From the NCBI GenBank assembly GCA_964016885.1, contig OZ024742.1:105896001-105960000 (forward strand): 64,000 nucleotides of DNA, written 5' to 3'. This DNA is from Eledone cirrhosa (lineage: Eukaryota). Below are positions 12,561 to 28,899 of this stretch, one piece after another. The position numbers were made by a program, and so were the translations under genes. Under the pieces are notes generated by a model. The model worked only from the letters and a program-made list of their open reading frames with translations, did not search any database and was not told where the DNA came from. Positions within the stretch are counted from its first letter, which is position 1, and every line of letters begins with the position of its first letter.

Positions 12561-13132
12561 TGGAGGGACTGGGTGTCTACAGAAGGGAGAGGGCAATGGA
12601 CGTTCACCGAGCAGAGGCCAAGCTGGTTCCATCTCGTATAAGCCGCATCGCGCTTCTCGATCATAGAAGATTCAGTTGTATTGTGCAATGCTTAACTGGT
12701 ACTTTATTTTAATGACCCCTGAAGGATGAATGTCAAAGATGACATCGGCGGATTTACGTGCAAAAGGGAGTGGCGAGGAAATATAGTGGTGGAGAAAGGT
12801 GTTGAGGGAAGAACAATAACAACAAAATACGCGGGGGGAGGTGGAGGAGAGAAAGATAAAATACCCCGTCACTTTGTTCTCGAAACAAAGAATAAATTTA
12901 GTTAAAGGATCTTATAAAAGCGATCAGAAACACACATCTATCTATGATATTGGTTAACTAAATAGTAAACTGTTGAGACATAGACAGACAAATAGAAAAA
13001 TAAATAGATAGGTAAGTTGATAGAGATAGGTAGATAGATAGATAGATAGATATAGATTTTTAGATAGATAGATAGATAGAATGACAAGAGAAAGAGGATA
13101 AAATGGACGGAAGAATGCGTGCGTGTATATGC

Positions 13133-13203
<71 letters not shown>

Positions 13204-13887
13204 GAGATGAGAGAGTGAGCGCAATAGAGAGATAGAAAGTAAAACAGAAAAAAAGGAGAGGATGTTATAAAATGGCAAGTAGTATTTAGTTAAGACCCTT
13301 TACGTTCTCTATTCATATAAATATAGAGGAAAAGTCGACCCAATACTGCACTGGTTCTTGATTTATTAACCTCGAAAAAAAAAATGAAACGCAAAGTTGA
13401 TCTCGGCGTGATTAGAACACAGAAATCAGATATGAATACCACGGAATATTCGATCTATCTTCCTAACGACTCTGCCAATTCACAGCCTTTGTTATTATTA
13501 CTAGGGTTAAATTCCGGCTCTTTATGTTTAGAGTTCAAATCCTGCCGGGGTCAGCTTTGCTTTTCATCCGTCTGGGAGTCGATAAAATATTGTACCAGCA
13601 AACTCCTCTCATTGAGACCAAAGTAGAAAAAATCCTTATTACTAAGATTAAAAATATCATTACTATTACAACAATGGATGGCGGAATCGGTGAGCCACTA
13701 GTTTACGATGTTAAAGTTTGAGTTCAAATCCAAAGAAGACATTTTTTTTTTTTACTTTAATCCTTCTAGTGTCGATGAAATAAGCTCCGATCAAATACGA
13801 TTTAATTGATTGCTTTCTCCGACATCATATGGAAAATGTGTTGCGTTATGCATTCATTAAAAAACAACTCATTATTATTATTATTAA

Positions 13888-14105
13888 CGGCGGATTGGCA
13901 GTATCGGTAGAGCGTTGGAAACTATACTTTGTGGCATAGAGTTATGGCTCTTTACGTTCTGAGTTGAAATCCCGCCAAGGTTAGCTTTGCCTTTCATCCT
14001 TATGGAGTCGATAAAATAAAGCATAAGTAATGCACTGGGGTCGATTTAATCGACTTACCCTTCCCCAAAATTGCTGGCCTTGTGCCTATATAAGAAACCA
14101 TTATT
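13888..14105 (+). mobile_element. Full-length tRNA-derived SINE (Meta-like)
   Basis: A-box-like TGGCAGTATCGGTAGA, B-box-like GAGTTGAAATCC, core, (ATT)n tail. Confidence 0.85.
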
Positions 14106-14248
14106 ATATTTTACTGCGGAATGATATATTTCCAGTACATTCTGTTTGACTTGATATAGTACGTTTTTTTTAACGTAAGTTAGATTTAAAGTGTTTATTT
14201 TATTGTCAAGACACGTGCAACATTGTAGAATGTCTTTGTTATTTAGAG

Positions 14249-14629
14249 CAGTGATTCCCAAACCGGGCGGCTAGGCACGTTGGTGTGTCGTAAGATGTAA
14301 TTAGGTGCACTCTGGAATAGCAAAGTTCTATTTCAAAATTTGATAAATACAATATGAAATTCGTAATAGATGGAAAACAACTAAACTAAGAATGAAAACA
14401 TTGCCAAACACCAAGTGCATGTTTATCAATGATAACTTTGCCCTATTTATTGACTAAAAAAGGAAGTACAAATAATTTTTTTGTATTTTTGATTATTAAT
14501 ATTTCTACTTTATGCTATACTAATATATATAAATATCTCTTTTGAATAAATATTTAAATTTGGGTACAAACGGCGCCAAAATATTTTTCCTTGGTGAGCC
14601 GTGAGTGGAAACAGGTTTGGGAAGCACTG
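14249..14629. mobile_element. hAT (Charlie-like) MITE
   Basis: TIRs CAGTGATTCCCAAACC / GGTTTGGGAAGCACTG; degenerate 8-bp flanks ATTTAGAG/AGTTTGAG. Confidence 0.65.
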
Positions 14630-14974
14630 AGTTTGAGGAAGATCTTGTTATTTCTTACTTGTTACAAAAATAACCTTGCAACATGGATACAATAGGCTCC
14701 GTCGCTGTCGTCGTTATCGTCATCACCATCAACATTGTTGTTGATTACTTTTAGGTAAAATCCTCTCGAAGTCAGCTTTGCCTTTCATCCTTTCGAGGTC
14801 GATAGAAAATGCCAGTCTTTCTCTTTCTCACTTCCCCATTTGCTCTGACTCTTTCTCCTTCTCTGTTAAAGGCCTGGAAAGAGAATGAGTCCGCAGAGTT
14901 TTAAAAAGTGCCCAAGACACACCGTATGTCACTGCGACATTCCTATTACTCCACCAGCAGTTACATCTTCATAT

Positions 14975-17200
14975 ATACATAGAAAGGATACATAGAAATG
15001 ATACATAGAAATGATACATAGAAATGATACATAGAAATGATACATAGAAATGATACATAGAAATGATACATAGAAATGATACATAGAAATGATACATAGA
15101 AATGATATATAGAAATGATATATAGAAATGATATATAGAAATAATACTTAGAAATGATATATAGAAATGATATATAGAATGATATATAGAAATGATACAT
15201 AGAAATGATACATAGCAATAATAGATAGAAATGATACATAGAAATGATACTTAGAAATGATATTTAGAAATGATATATAGAAATGTTATATAGAAATGAT
15301 ACATAGAAATGATATATAGAAATGATACATAGAAATGTTACATAGAAATGATACATAGAAATGATACATAGAAATGATACATAGAAATGATACATAGAAA
15401 TGATACATAGAAATGATACATAGAAATGATATATAGAAATGATATATAGAAATGATATATAGAAATAATACTTAGAAATGATATATAGAAATGATATATA
15501 GAATGATATATAGAAATGATACATAGAAATGATACATAGCAATAATAGATAGAAATGATACATAGAAATGATACTTAGAAATGATATTTAGAAATGATAT
15601 ATAGAAATGTTATATAGAAATGATACATAGAAATGATATATAGAAATGATACAAAGAAATGATATATAGAAATGATGAATAGAAATAATATATAGAAATA
15701 ATACTTAGAAATAATACATAGAAATGATATATAGAAATGATACATAGAAATGATATATAGAAATAATTGTTTCTGCGTTAGGCACAAGGCCAGCAATTAT
15801 CCAGTGCATTACTGGTACTTTATTTTATCGACCCCGTAAGGATGAAAGGCAAAGTCAAAGGCGGGATTTGAACTTAGATCGTAAAGGGACGTAACTATGC
15901 TGGAAAGCATGGCGTCCGACGCTCTACCGATACTGCCAATGCACCGCACTTGATATATAGAAATAATACTTAGAAATGATATAGAAATAATACATAGAAA
16001 TGATATATAGAAATGATATATAGAAATGATATATAGAAATGATTATAGAAATGATGCATAGAAATAATACATAGAAATCATATATAGAAATGATATATAG
16101 AAATGATACATATAGAAATGATACACCGTATGTCACTGCGACATTCCTATTACTCCACCGGCAGTTATATGTTCATATATACATAGAAATGATACATAGA
16201 AATGATACATAGAAATGATACATAGAAATGATACAGAGAAATGATACTTAGAAATGATACTTAGAAATGATACATAGAAATGATATATAGAAATGATATA
16301 TAGAAATGATATATAGAAATGATAGATAGAAATGATATATATAGAAATAATATATAGAAATGATACATAGAAATGATTTATAGAAATGATACATAGAAAT
16401 GATACATAGAAATGATATATAGAAATGATACATAGAAATGATACATAGAAATAATATATAGAAATGATACATAGAAATGATACTCAGAAATGATACATAG
16501 AAATGATACATAGAAATGATACATAGAAATGATACATACAAATGATATATAGAAATGATATATAGAAATGATACATAGAAATGATACATAGAAATGATAT
16601 ATAGAAATGATACATAGAAATGGTACATAGAAATGATACAGAGAAATGATATATAGAAATGATACATAGAAATGATGTATAGAAATGATACATAGAAATG
16701 ATATATAGAAATGATACATAGAAATGATACTTAGAAATGATATATAGAAATGATACATAGAAATGATATATAGAAATGATACATAGAAATGATACATAGA
16801 AATGATACATAGAAATGATACATAGAAATGATACATAGAAATGATACAGAGAAATGATACATAGAAATGATATATAGAAATGATACATAGAAATGATATA
16901 TAGAAATGATACATAGAAATGATATATAGAAATGATACATAGAAATGATATATAGAAATGATACATAGAAATGATACATAGAAATGATACAGAGAAATGA
17001 TACATAGAAATGATATATAGAAATGATACATAGAAATGATATATAGAAATGATACATAGAAATGATGTATAGAAATGATACATAGAAATGATATATAGAA
17101 ATGATACATAGAAATGATACTTAGAAATGATATATAGAAATGATACATAGAAATGATACATAGAAATGATACATAGAAATGATACATTGAAATAATACAT
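14975..17200. repeat. 13-bp minisatellite (TAGAAATGATACA)n, interrupted
   Basis: Direct tandem units; SINE inserted at 15768-15950; leader segment 14919-14985 repeated at 16123-16190. Confidence 0.95.
15768..15950 (-). mobile_element. SINE inserted into the minisatellite
   Basis: Family sequence; TSD TGATATATAGAAATAAT at 15751-15767 and 15951-15967. Confidence 0.85.
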
Positions 17201-17873
17201 TTATATGCAAGCGAAATATGACAGAAAAAATGTGAGGGTAACGTCTGAAGGTATCTGATCTCACAACAACAGTATACCGGAGAACACGTGTATGTGTGTG
17301 CTTGTGATTTCACCTCACCACTAATTGAACTGACTGACTGCTAGTTAAAGTAATGTACAGTAATATCTTGTGATGGTCGTAGTTCGTGATTATCATGACT
17401 GATTTTTTTCCCAAATGGTTCTTTTGTTTGTTTTGTGCACCTGCAACACTGTTAACAGAACACATTGTCAATATTACCGTCACGCGAGGGCGGTAGATTG
17501 GTGGAGTTATTAGAGTATTGGACATATGCTTAGTAGTGTTTGTTCCGGTTTTTTTCTTTACTCTCCATCCCCATTCCAAAATTGCTGATATTGCCACCAC
17601 GTATTTTACATAGCTGACACTTCAGCATTCTTATCACAGTTTCTTTTGTAACGTATTCACCTTGTTTAAATAATATCATCTGTATTAGTATTCCATTTGG
17701 TGAGAGGAGAAGTATTGTTATTACACGACTGGATGAGGGCCATGTAATAGCAGAATCGTTAGAGCATCGGCCAAAATGCTTTGTGATATTTCTTCCGGCT
17801 CTTTACGTTCTGAGTTTAAATGCAGCCGAGTTCAACATTGTCTTTCCTCCTACCGAGGTCAATGAAATAAAGT

Positions 17874-18068
17874 CAGACCTGCCAACCTCTAAAAACCCAA
17901 ACGGGGGAGTACCATGAAAAAAGTGCCCGAAAACAGGGAGAAATGAGGCAAAACGGGGAGATTTTACATAATCAAAGCTATACCCATTTTCACAAGAGAA
18001 GGCATCTCTCACCCACCCCAAAGTGAGTGGGGGACCTCCCCATCCGACGGAGAGAGTTGACTGGTCTG
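17874..18068. mobile_element. Small TIR element inserted in a SINE core
   Basis: CAGACCTGCCAAC / GTTGACTGGTCTG termini; TAAAGT duplicated on both sides. Confidence 0.6.
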
Positions 18069-18948
18069 TAAAGTACAAGTCAAGTACTGGGATCGATATA
18101 ACTGACTTCCCCCCTTTCCCGAAATTGCTGTCGTTGTGCGATAGATTGATTGAATCGTTAAAACGTCAAACAAATGTTTTGCAGTATTTAGTTATGACAT
18201 TGTACGTTCTCATTTAAATTCACACCGTGGTTGGTAAAATATATTACCAGTCATATACTGGAGTCAATATAATCGACTTCTCCCTTCCCCAAATTTGCTG
18301 CTCTTGTGCCAATGTGAGAAAGAATTAAAGATGCTGGATTGGCAAAATCGTTAGTACATCGGACAAATGATTAGCAGTATTTATTTTGGCTATTTACGTT
18401 CTGAGTTCAAATCACGCTGAAACGAATTTTACCTTTCATCCTTCCGAAATCGATAAGATAAAATACCGTTTAAGTACTGAGGTCGATATACTCGAATTTC
18501 TCCTCTTCAAATTTCTGGTCTGGTGCAAATGTTAGAAAAAATTATTACATGGCTGAATATTCAGATAATCTGGTGGCTGAATAACCTGGATCGATAAATA
18601 GATAGGCAGGAAAAGAGAAGTTTAGATAGACTGACACATACATTGATAATAGCTAGATAGATCATTGGATAGGTTGACTATGAAGGTAATGTATGGTTTT
18701 GCACCTAGAAAGTTCGCTTCCGAGGCACAAACCTGGGCAAGGTTTGTTTTGTAGAAGACCAGTAGTCGCCCATCCATACCAATCTCGCCTCTCCACGTCA
18801 CCGATGATGTCCAAGGGAAACGCAATGACCAATACAGTTTGAAACCAATAACGTCGCAACTCATTTCTACGGCTGAGTAAACTGGAGCAACGTGAAATAA
18901 AGTGTCTTGCTCAAGGACACATGTATTTATGACATGTGACAAACGCAT

Positions 18949-18999
<51 letters not shown>

Positions 19000-19010
19000 G
19001 ACACACACAC

Positions 19011-19044
<34 letters not shown>

Positions 19045-19276
19045 TGAAAATTGCAAACTTGACTGTCACCACAGAATATGAACCTGAAGATTGCGAAAAC
19101 ATGAAAGTACTTGTTCAATTAACACTTAACATTTAATATTCTACCATACTATTTCATTATAATATCATTATAATTTTAAAGGATTGTAAATAAAACGAGT
19201 AAATCAGACAAAGTTGGAATTCCTTTTATTAATATAATCTTCTATACACAATCATACACACCCGTGTATATTTATT

Positions 19277-19570
<294 letters not shown>

Positions 19571-19579
19571 ACACACACA

Positions 19580-19718
<139 letters not shown>

Positions 19719-19719
19719 T

Positions 19720-19760
<41 letters not shown>

Positions 19761-20057
19761 TCAGAATACCATTCTGTGGTTCCATCCATTTTATTTTAGC
19801 TTAAATTATCTACTTGCAATGTATTACAATGTATTTAAAATATTCAATGTCTTTTAAACGTGTTAAAAATCCGGGCTTAAAAAGCGAAACAAAAAACAAA
19901 AGGAAACTTGTGAATATTTTATGAAACTGAATGGCGATTGAAAAAGAAGCTCAATGGCTATTTTTTGCCTCTGTGTCATTTGCGCTGACACTAAATCACT
20001 TCCACTATAGCACACACGGGAATCGGACTTGTGAGCCCGTTGGATTAGAGAAAAGGG

Positions 20058-20141
<84 letters not shown>

Positions 20142-21506
20142 ACTGATAGTTTCGAAAACTAGGAAAATGATAAAAAAGAAAAAAAACCCGAAAGACAGTA
20201 CACTGCTGGAAAATATTTTGATGCTCGACTGGATAACCAAACCAGCAGACATATTGTTAGCATTCGAATAAATAAGGTGCGATAAAAGGGGTGATATTTG
20301 TGCAAATTAGTGATGGGAAAGACTGAGCTTATTAGGGTATGCATTTCAGTGGTTTTGAATTTTATCTATTTATTATGATTTTTTTTATCTTTGGCCAGAC
20401 TGAATAAACCTTGTTCTAAGTGTGTAAACAACACTACGCCAGCGATGAAAACTGAGACACCGTTAAGATAAGAGAAAAAAATGTCTCATGGATGAGAAAA
20501 CATGTAGCGTTCTGATAGGAAATTTAATCTTAATATAGATTATCTAAGGGCTAACTAATGAGAGATTTAATTGAAAAAAAAAAAAAAAAAAAAAAATCAA
20601 AGCACAAAAAACAAAAACAGGAACACCAATAATAACCAAACAAACAAAACATTGATCTAATAAGGAAAGAAGCAGTCACCGATACTGAAATTTAAGAAAG
20701 AATAATAAACTTGAAAATACTGCGTTGGAAACGTTAGAGACACTTATATGATTTTGTTTTCACATTGACATAATTAGGAAGGGTAGAGGTCATGCCCTCA
20801 CGAAATCAACACAAAATTCACGATTGAAGAACTTTGAGTGATTCTAATGTCTAGCTTTGTAGGCGGGGTTTTGTCAAAGTCGCTAGAACACCGAATAAAG
20901 TGTTTTGCAGTATTCGTTCTGGCTCTCGGCAATCTAAAATCAAATCCTGCTGAGGTCAATTTTGACTTTCATTCATTCAATGTTGATAAATAAGATACCA
21001 ATAAAATAAAACACCAATACTGGGGATCGATTCTTCTATATCTCTTTCGATGCTCTACTTCTAAATTTATATCTTCTTCTCTGGAAGAAATCAGATATTG
21101 ACTTGGAGAGGTTGGCCAGGAAAACGCCGTATGTCATGACGGTGCTCCTATGACTCAATCATGTCCATACATACAATGTTTAGTTTGAATTATAGTGGGT
21201 CATTTATTATTTGATGCAAGAAGTGTTAAGCAGCTAGTCAACTGAAATTGTTACTCGGTTTCAATATTCGGTGATTGTTAGGGATTGACAGAATTGGTAG
21301 GGTGTCGAAGAAAATGCCATTTTGTGTGAAATGTGTTCGCTCCAAGGCAAATGACAACAATAGTAGTCGATCACTATAAAAAATGATTCAGAAAATCAAG
21401 TAAAAAAAAACCTGGAGACGGAATAAATTGGACAATGGCTTCTATTGTAATGGTCATTTGCGTTGAAACACAAAAAATTCCCAACTCTTCCTAATTCAAT
21501 CGCTTC

Positions 21507-21548
<42 letters not shown>

Positions 21549-21594
21549 TTAACTGTTGAATTAATTTAATTTGATTATTTTAGTAAACAAATAA

Positions 21595-21656
<62 letters not shown>

Positions 21657-21688
21657 ATAGAGGTTTACATATACATAAACTAGACAGA

Positions 21689-21781
<93 letters not shown>

Positions 21782-22137
21782 TTGGCAACCATTCACGGTG
21801 TGGCTCAATGACAAATTAATTAATTAAATAATCAACAATCAGAGCAATATATAAGAAAGTAAGTCCATAGAATCATTTGATAAAATATATACAGTATTTC
21901 TTCTCCCAATCAGCATAATCAACCACATAAAAAATCAATTAAACGAGGCTATAAGATTAAAATGTACTTATGAAGAAACAATAGATAAATAAATGATAGC
22001 TATTTTATCCGCGATCCACAGCCACAGAAGATTTACACAGTATTTCTAATAGCCCGTAGAAATTGACTAGATATATAGTTAACCACACACAATTAGGTAC
22101 AAAATCAAAGTTAGAAGAAAAAATGTACATAAACATA

Positions 22138-22200
<63 letters not shown>

Positions 22201-22559
22201 TATATATTTTTATATCTGTATATCTGTTTGACCCGAAATAGGCGATCGAGTTTTCGCTGTGTGGATGATTAGTTTAACCACCATCTCAGTGTGTTTGGCC
22301 TTTAACGTAAGTTGTAAGCTCTAATTCATATGAATTATCGAGCGCTTGCCACACAACTCGGAAGTGATTCTCGTTAATTCCTCAGCTGAAATTCGATTCT
22401 CGCTAATTTTTACTTATATATATACATATATAGATATTGATGGAATTGTAGTAGCACCATAGTGACGTGCGGGTATTTTAAACCTGATGGAGCCCATCAT
22501 CTCTCTAGGTCAAAACTCAGCCGATTTCTTCTTCTTCTTCTTCTTCTTCTTCTTCTTCT

Positions 22560-22685
<126 letters not shown>

Positions 22686-23194
22686 CGCGACCACAGTACT
22701 ACACTGGTACGTTTTTATTGACTCCGAAAGGACGAATGGCAAAACTTAACGTCGGCGGGTTTGGAAATCAGAGCTCAGAGTTCCCGAACGAACACCGCTT
22801 AGCATTTTATCTGAAGTTCTACTGACTTTTCCAACACGCCGCTTATATTTGCATTTATTAAAGGAAGAGAAAAGTGCTAATGACAAAAAGAGTATTCATT
22901 CATACGAGAGATGTTAAAAGTATGATTCCCGGTGGAGTTTGAACCACCGCCTTCTCAATAACATATAGCTACAAAAATAACTTCCGAATGCTCTAAAAAA
23001 TTCCTTATTATTTTTCTTCCCGTTCTTAACTGTCGGAGATGTCATAAAGATACCAGACTGGTCTTTAACATAGGACCTCATATTTCCAAGCGAAAAATTG
23101 GCAGATTCAAAGTTGTTATATATCCGAAACTGTCTGGACGCAGTCGATTTATTAAACAACACACACACACACACACACACACAGGCACACACGC

Positions 23195-23276
<82 letters not shown>

Positions 23277-23289
23277 GCACGCACGCACG

Positions 23290-23381
<92 letters not shown>

Positions 23382-23511
23382 ATACAAATAAACAAGACAT
23401 GTTCAGGAGCTGATATCAAATTGCTAATTCGGTGGAGTAATTCCTGTGGAAACCCATTTTATTTCACTCACAAGCATAACATTTACGTATGTACACAAAT
23501 ATACACGGAAA

Positions 23512-23562
<51 letters not shown>

Positions 23563-23565
23563 CAC

Positions 23566-23599
<34 letters not shown>

Positions 23600-23654
23600 G
23601 TGTAAATATAGATTTAGCGAGAATCGCATTTCGGCGGGTAGAAAAGGCGAAGTA

Positions 23655-23722
<68 letters not shown>

Positions 23723-23724
23723 GC

Positions 23725-23766
<42 letters not shown>

Positions 23767-24510
23767 GCACCTATGTATGTATGTATATATGTATGTATAT
23801 AGAATTAAGATGTTCGCTCCAACATAGCTGTTTACATACATGTATGTAAAGTTTGTATATCGAATAATATACGATATGTTTACAAATAAACATTTCAAAG
23901 GCTTTAGCTATGAGTTTTAAAGGCGATGGCTGGCGCTATTTATCCAATAATAACAAGGATAACAGTAACTGAAACTGAGTTATTTGGCTGTGGTTACTCT
24001 GAGTTTCACGTTACGTCTTTTCAACACGAAAAGCGATAATGTGAACCTTGAAGTAATGATGTTAAAAAATCTCAATTTTAACAAAGATTATCATTCATTT
24101 CGTGTAAATTTCTTTCTCCCATTTCTTTCTCCCTATCTATCTAGTGATCAGTCTGTCTATCTATATCTGGTTGTCTTTCCACAAAAGGGAGATAATCACA
24201 AGTGTCTTCCTAACAAAAATGACGAAATAACAATGGAAGAGTTATAGAGTTTAGCCTGATAAAACCAGTGTCACATGCATCACATATAGACAAACATGAG
24301 TAGAGATTATTTTCCCGTACAAATATATATATTTCAAGTATATTTTCATTGGTTTCTCTTCTATTTAAATACATATATGCCACCCCTGAAGAGTTAGACT
24401 TGAATGAAATTAACTCAGTCTGATTAATTACTTAATTGCTATCAAAACAATTTAAGCTTAACAGTCGGTCAAATAAGTTGAATCACGTTTTACAGTTTAA
24501 CTAGTAACAT

Positions 24511-24634
<124 letters not shown>

Positions 24635-24635
24635 A

Positions 24636-24718
<83 letters not shown>

Positions 24719-25213
24719 TCATCCCGCGGCCTCAGCCGAAATGGATTCAACAATTGATCTCCACGTGGGTCTGTCGTTCATTGCCGTTGCCAAGCCCTGG
24801 ATTTCAATACTAGAATCTCTGGAGATGACATCGGGATAGGAGAGCCTGCGCCCCCTGTTATTAGTGACTGCTTGTTGTTTCCAAAGCACTAATGGGGCAC
24901 AGCCTCATAGGTAGTGGCCAGCAAATCTTACACATATATATGATGTATATACATATTATATATAGGTATGTAGATTCCCAAGTTGTATCGGGGAAGCATC
25001 CACAGTTAAAAAAGTTACTCAATACATTGGTAGAGTATAGGCATCTTTATTGTATATATATATATTAATCTATCTGAAATTAGTCTCAGAATTGACTATA
25101 GGGAAGATCACATTATAGTACCATAAAATAAAGGAAACCTATATGCGTATCACACCAGAGGCAAAATTCATTGTTATGCAAACTAAATATATAGTACTTA
25201 ACGAATTTATTAC

Positions 25214-25317
25214 CCCCTTACTGCAGTTTCACAGACTAAAACCCCACAGAAATGTTCTAACTCAATTAAAAGAGATAGTATATCTCTGCCAGAAAACCTG
25301 TCTGATCTCCAGAGAGG
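25214..25317 (-). ncRNA. Hammerhead ribozyme, A6G-mutated, long stem II
   Basis: Minus: CCUCU CUGGAGA U-CAGAC...GUCUG-U GAAA CUGCAG UA AGGGG; palindromic stem III. Confidence 0.55.
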
Positions 25318-25399
25318 TGTTTTAATTCCTGAAAATTAAAAGAGACAAAATATATTTACCTGTTGACGGATCTCTTCCAATCCCGCAATGAAATCCAGC

Positions 25400-27255
25400 A
25401 TGGTTTACAATAATGTACGCATGCGCAGAATTCTCGAAAAGTGCAAATATTCGTACAAAACTGACAGATACGACAGCAGGTAAATATATTTTGTCTCTCT
25501 TAAAGAAAACCCCTGAGAGCATCCCTGGAAACGGTGTAAAAAAAATGTTGTGAGATCAATGAAAAGGACAAAGAGATCCTTATCCTGCTCCCTTGCTTTT
25601 TCCTGCAGTTGGCTCAGACAGAAAATCATGTCCACAGTGCGTCTATAAGCCCGAAAGCCCCGCTGTGATTCAGGCAAAACTGAATTGACCAGAGCATTAT
25701 TAAGTCTGTTGAAGATGGCCCTGCCAAGAGTTTTTCCGGCAACACACAGAAGGGAAATACCTCTGTTGTTGTCGCATTCGCATCTATTGCCTTTGTGCTT
25801 GTAAAGATGCACCCTTAAACTCCAGTGGAACTGATCCTGATTCCCAGATTCCCAAAGTTTGCAAATCAAGGGATTGCTAATAAATTTATATATCTCTGCT
25901 TGTATTCCATCATTTCCAGACGACTTGCCATTGGTAAGTTGTTTTATGGCCTTTTTAAAATCTCATCTCTAGTTGGAGTGGGTGATAGTCCTGCAAGGAC
26001 TGTGATAGGTTATTGATAAGGTTCATATCAACATTTCGTTCTGTATTGAGAACATTAGAGAAATGTTCTGCCCAACGCTTAGTGATCTCATTTTTGTCTG
26101 TCAAAAGGTTAATCTTGAATAAAAAGATGGGAGTTGAGCCATTTGACATCCACTGCGGTAGGAGGTGTAGATATTACCAAAAGAGGAGAAATATTTGAAA
26201 CATTTGAATCAAACCAGTCTTGATGTTTTCTCTTTACAAAGCCAAAGGTTTCCAGGGATGATTCATAGACAACACTTTTGAAAGCAGACCATGCTGATTC
26301 AATATCTGTGCTGTCAGGGATAACAGCAAGCCTACTATCACAGAAAGTTAATGCCTTGATATTGTCAGTGCTGTTGGTTTTTCCACGTCTACAGCTGATT
26401 GAGTGTGATTTTTACGAGCTAGACTAAGGATAGTGAAGCTGATCTTGGAACGTATTAGTCTATGGTCAGACCAACACTCACCATTTGAGTTGGAACGAGT
26501 CCTTTTTATATCATTCCTGAAGGAGGACCTCACAATCACATAATCAATAAGATGATGGAGGTTGGATTGGGGATGTTTCCAGTTAATTTTGTTGGGGTTA
26601 GGAGGCTGGAAGATGGTGTTGGTAATCAATAGACCATACTCGCTACAAATGAATAGCAGCGAGCTGACCAGAATCAACTAGTCTAGTTTCTGAGAGAGCA
26701 ATTATGCCAATTGTTTTCTCTTTTAAGACACGGGCAGTCAAAGCAGTCCTGCGGTCGAGGACCTTCTTGTTTTCTTGGAGTGTTCGCACATTCAAAGACC
26801 CAATAATTGTTGTTTTTTAATTCCGATTCCTTTAGTGTTCTGGTGCAGTATTGGATGCCCAGTTATCTGCACCCAATGACAGGGAGTGGTGCGAGTAAGC
26901 AATTTTTAGGTCGTATTTTCTTGACCCCTCCTTTTTCGGAGGAAAGCAGTGCCATCCGAAACAGGGCTGCTTTGTTGAGAGAGGAGGACACGAGTTATAC
27001 AATTACAAATATTAAGCAAAACGGCCATTTATCTCTTACTACATATGTGCAGACATCAAGCTGGACACTTTCAGTGACATCCTTCCCCTGTTCCTGTCGC
27101 TATTTCTTCATCATCATAGATTTCGTTTTGTTTGTTTATGGTATTTACTGAAAGCTAGCTTGGTGGGGTTGTCAGTTTAGTCGCCGACGAGCCGACCATG
27201 CAGCAGGTTGTACTGGGTTACATGTTATCAGTAGCGCTCAAAAGCGTCCTGACAT
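25400..27255 (-). pseudogene. RTE-clade LINE, 5' portion (UTR, endonuclease, RT N-terminus), internally deleted
   Basis: LNVRTL, ITNTIF..WKHP..HLIDYVIV..WSDHRL, LYKHKGNR.ECDNNRGISLL, LPESQRGFR, QEKAREQ..LFIDL. Confidence 0.9.
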
Positions 27256-27324
27256 TATATATATATAAAACAACACACGCACCAGTTGACTTTCACTTGG
27301 GTGTTATTATTAATGAGGTAAGTA

Positions 27325-27540
27325 GGGTAGTGGATTGGCAGTATCGGTAGAGGATCGGACGCCATGCCTTGCAGCATAGAGTTACGGCTCTTTATGATCT
27401 GAGCTCAAATCCCGTCGAGGTTAACTTTGCCTTTCATCCTTATGGGGTCGATAAAATAATGCACGAGTCACGCACTGGGGCCGATTTAATCGACTTTCCC
27501 CTCCCCCCAAATTACTGGCCTTGTGCCTATATAAGAAACC
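27325..27540 (+). mobile_element. Full-length SINE with 19-bp TSD
   Basis: ATTATTAATGAGGTAAGTA at 27306-27324 and 27541-27559. Confidence 0.9.
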
Positions 27541-28108
27541 ATTATTAATGAGGTAAGTAACTAATCCATTCTACGGTTAGTTTAATAACCGAATGGTTAT
27601 ATAATTGCCAAAGATAATTCGTCACACATTCTGTTATGTTCTCAATGATTTTTTTTTGTCCCCTGGGTCTCCTCTTCATTTTGATTTTGTTTTATCTACT
27701 TCATTTTGTCTTTCCCAAAGTATAAAAATATGTTTCAACACACGACGTCACATCAAGAATCTTACAAAATAAATACAATATGTATATTAAACATATATTT
27801 CTACAAATAGTAACGAAACTGAAAAATATCAACAATAGTAGCAATGTGGTTTTTACATTATTCCTTACCAACCACCCTTCACCTTCAACACTAAATACCA
27901 CAAGGAAAACAAGAACATCACGTATAGAAATAGCAGTAATAAACGACAATAATAAGAACAACAATAACAAAATGAAACAGCGAAACACAGTTTTATTTAC
28001 TCAATGTTTCTCTACACACAACTTGACACCATTTCGTACCTAATAAAATTGATGTCACAGTAATTCGAACTCAGAAATCTTAAATATGCCTTTGATTTAT
28101 ATATATAG

Positions 28109-28146
<38 letters not shown>

Positions 28147-28185
28147 TCTCTCTCTCACTCTCTCTCTCTCTCACTCTCTCTCTCC

Positions 28186-28310
<125 letters not shown>

Positions 28311-28437
28311 CCTCTCTTTTTCACATGAAAACACACATATGTATATACATAAATGTCTTAAGAAAGTTTTTTTATCCTTTTATCCATGAAAACAATATTC
28401 GCGTCTCAAAACTCTATTTTCGAGTTAATTTGTTTAT

Positions 28438-28496
<59 letters not shown>

Positions 28497-28899
28497 ACGT
28501 TAGAAACGCGCACACCCACACATTTAAACTCCTTCTCCAATAACTAAATATTTGCTGGAAAGGCAAGATTAGTGTTAAGAACTGTTAAATTTCATCAACA
28601 TGATTACATTCCATTTCTTGTATTATGTTTTCGTTTACCTCAAACTGAATCAACCATGACAATATACAATGTGTGTTTGTATATTTATTTATATATACTT
28701 GTCTGTAACACTTTTGAAATTTAAAAACGCTGTCATATACACATATACATACAAGCATTTCTTATCTCAGTCAATAAGAATTTCGCTTTCCAATCACAAT
28801 ATCCTTGGGTCTAGCACTACAATAGTCCCTCTAAATAGTTATTTCTAAAAAATTACATATACATTTAATCTTGGTGTCATTTATATATATACATACATA

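Noticed and set aside
13888-13980. tRNA gene
   Set aside because: A/B boxes belong to a SINE head; no cloverleaf
16248-17313. Long minus-strand ORFs (up to 311 aa)
   Set aside because: Translation of the 13-bp satellite, which lacks stops on that strand
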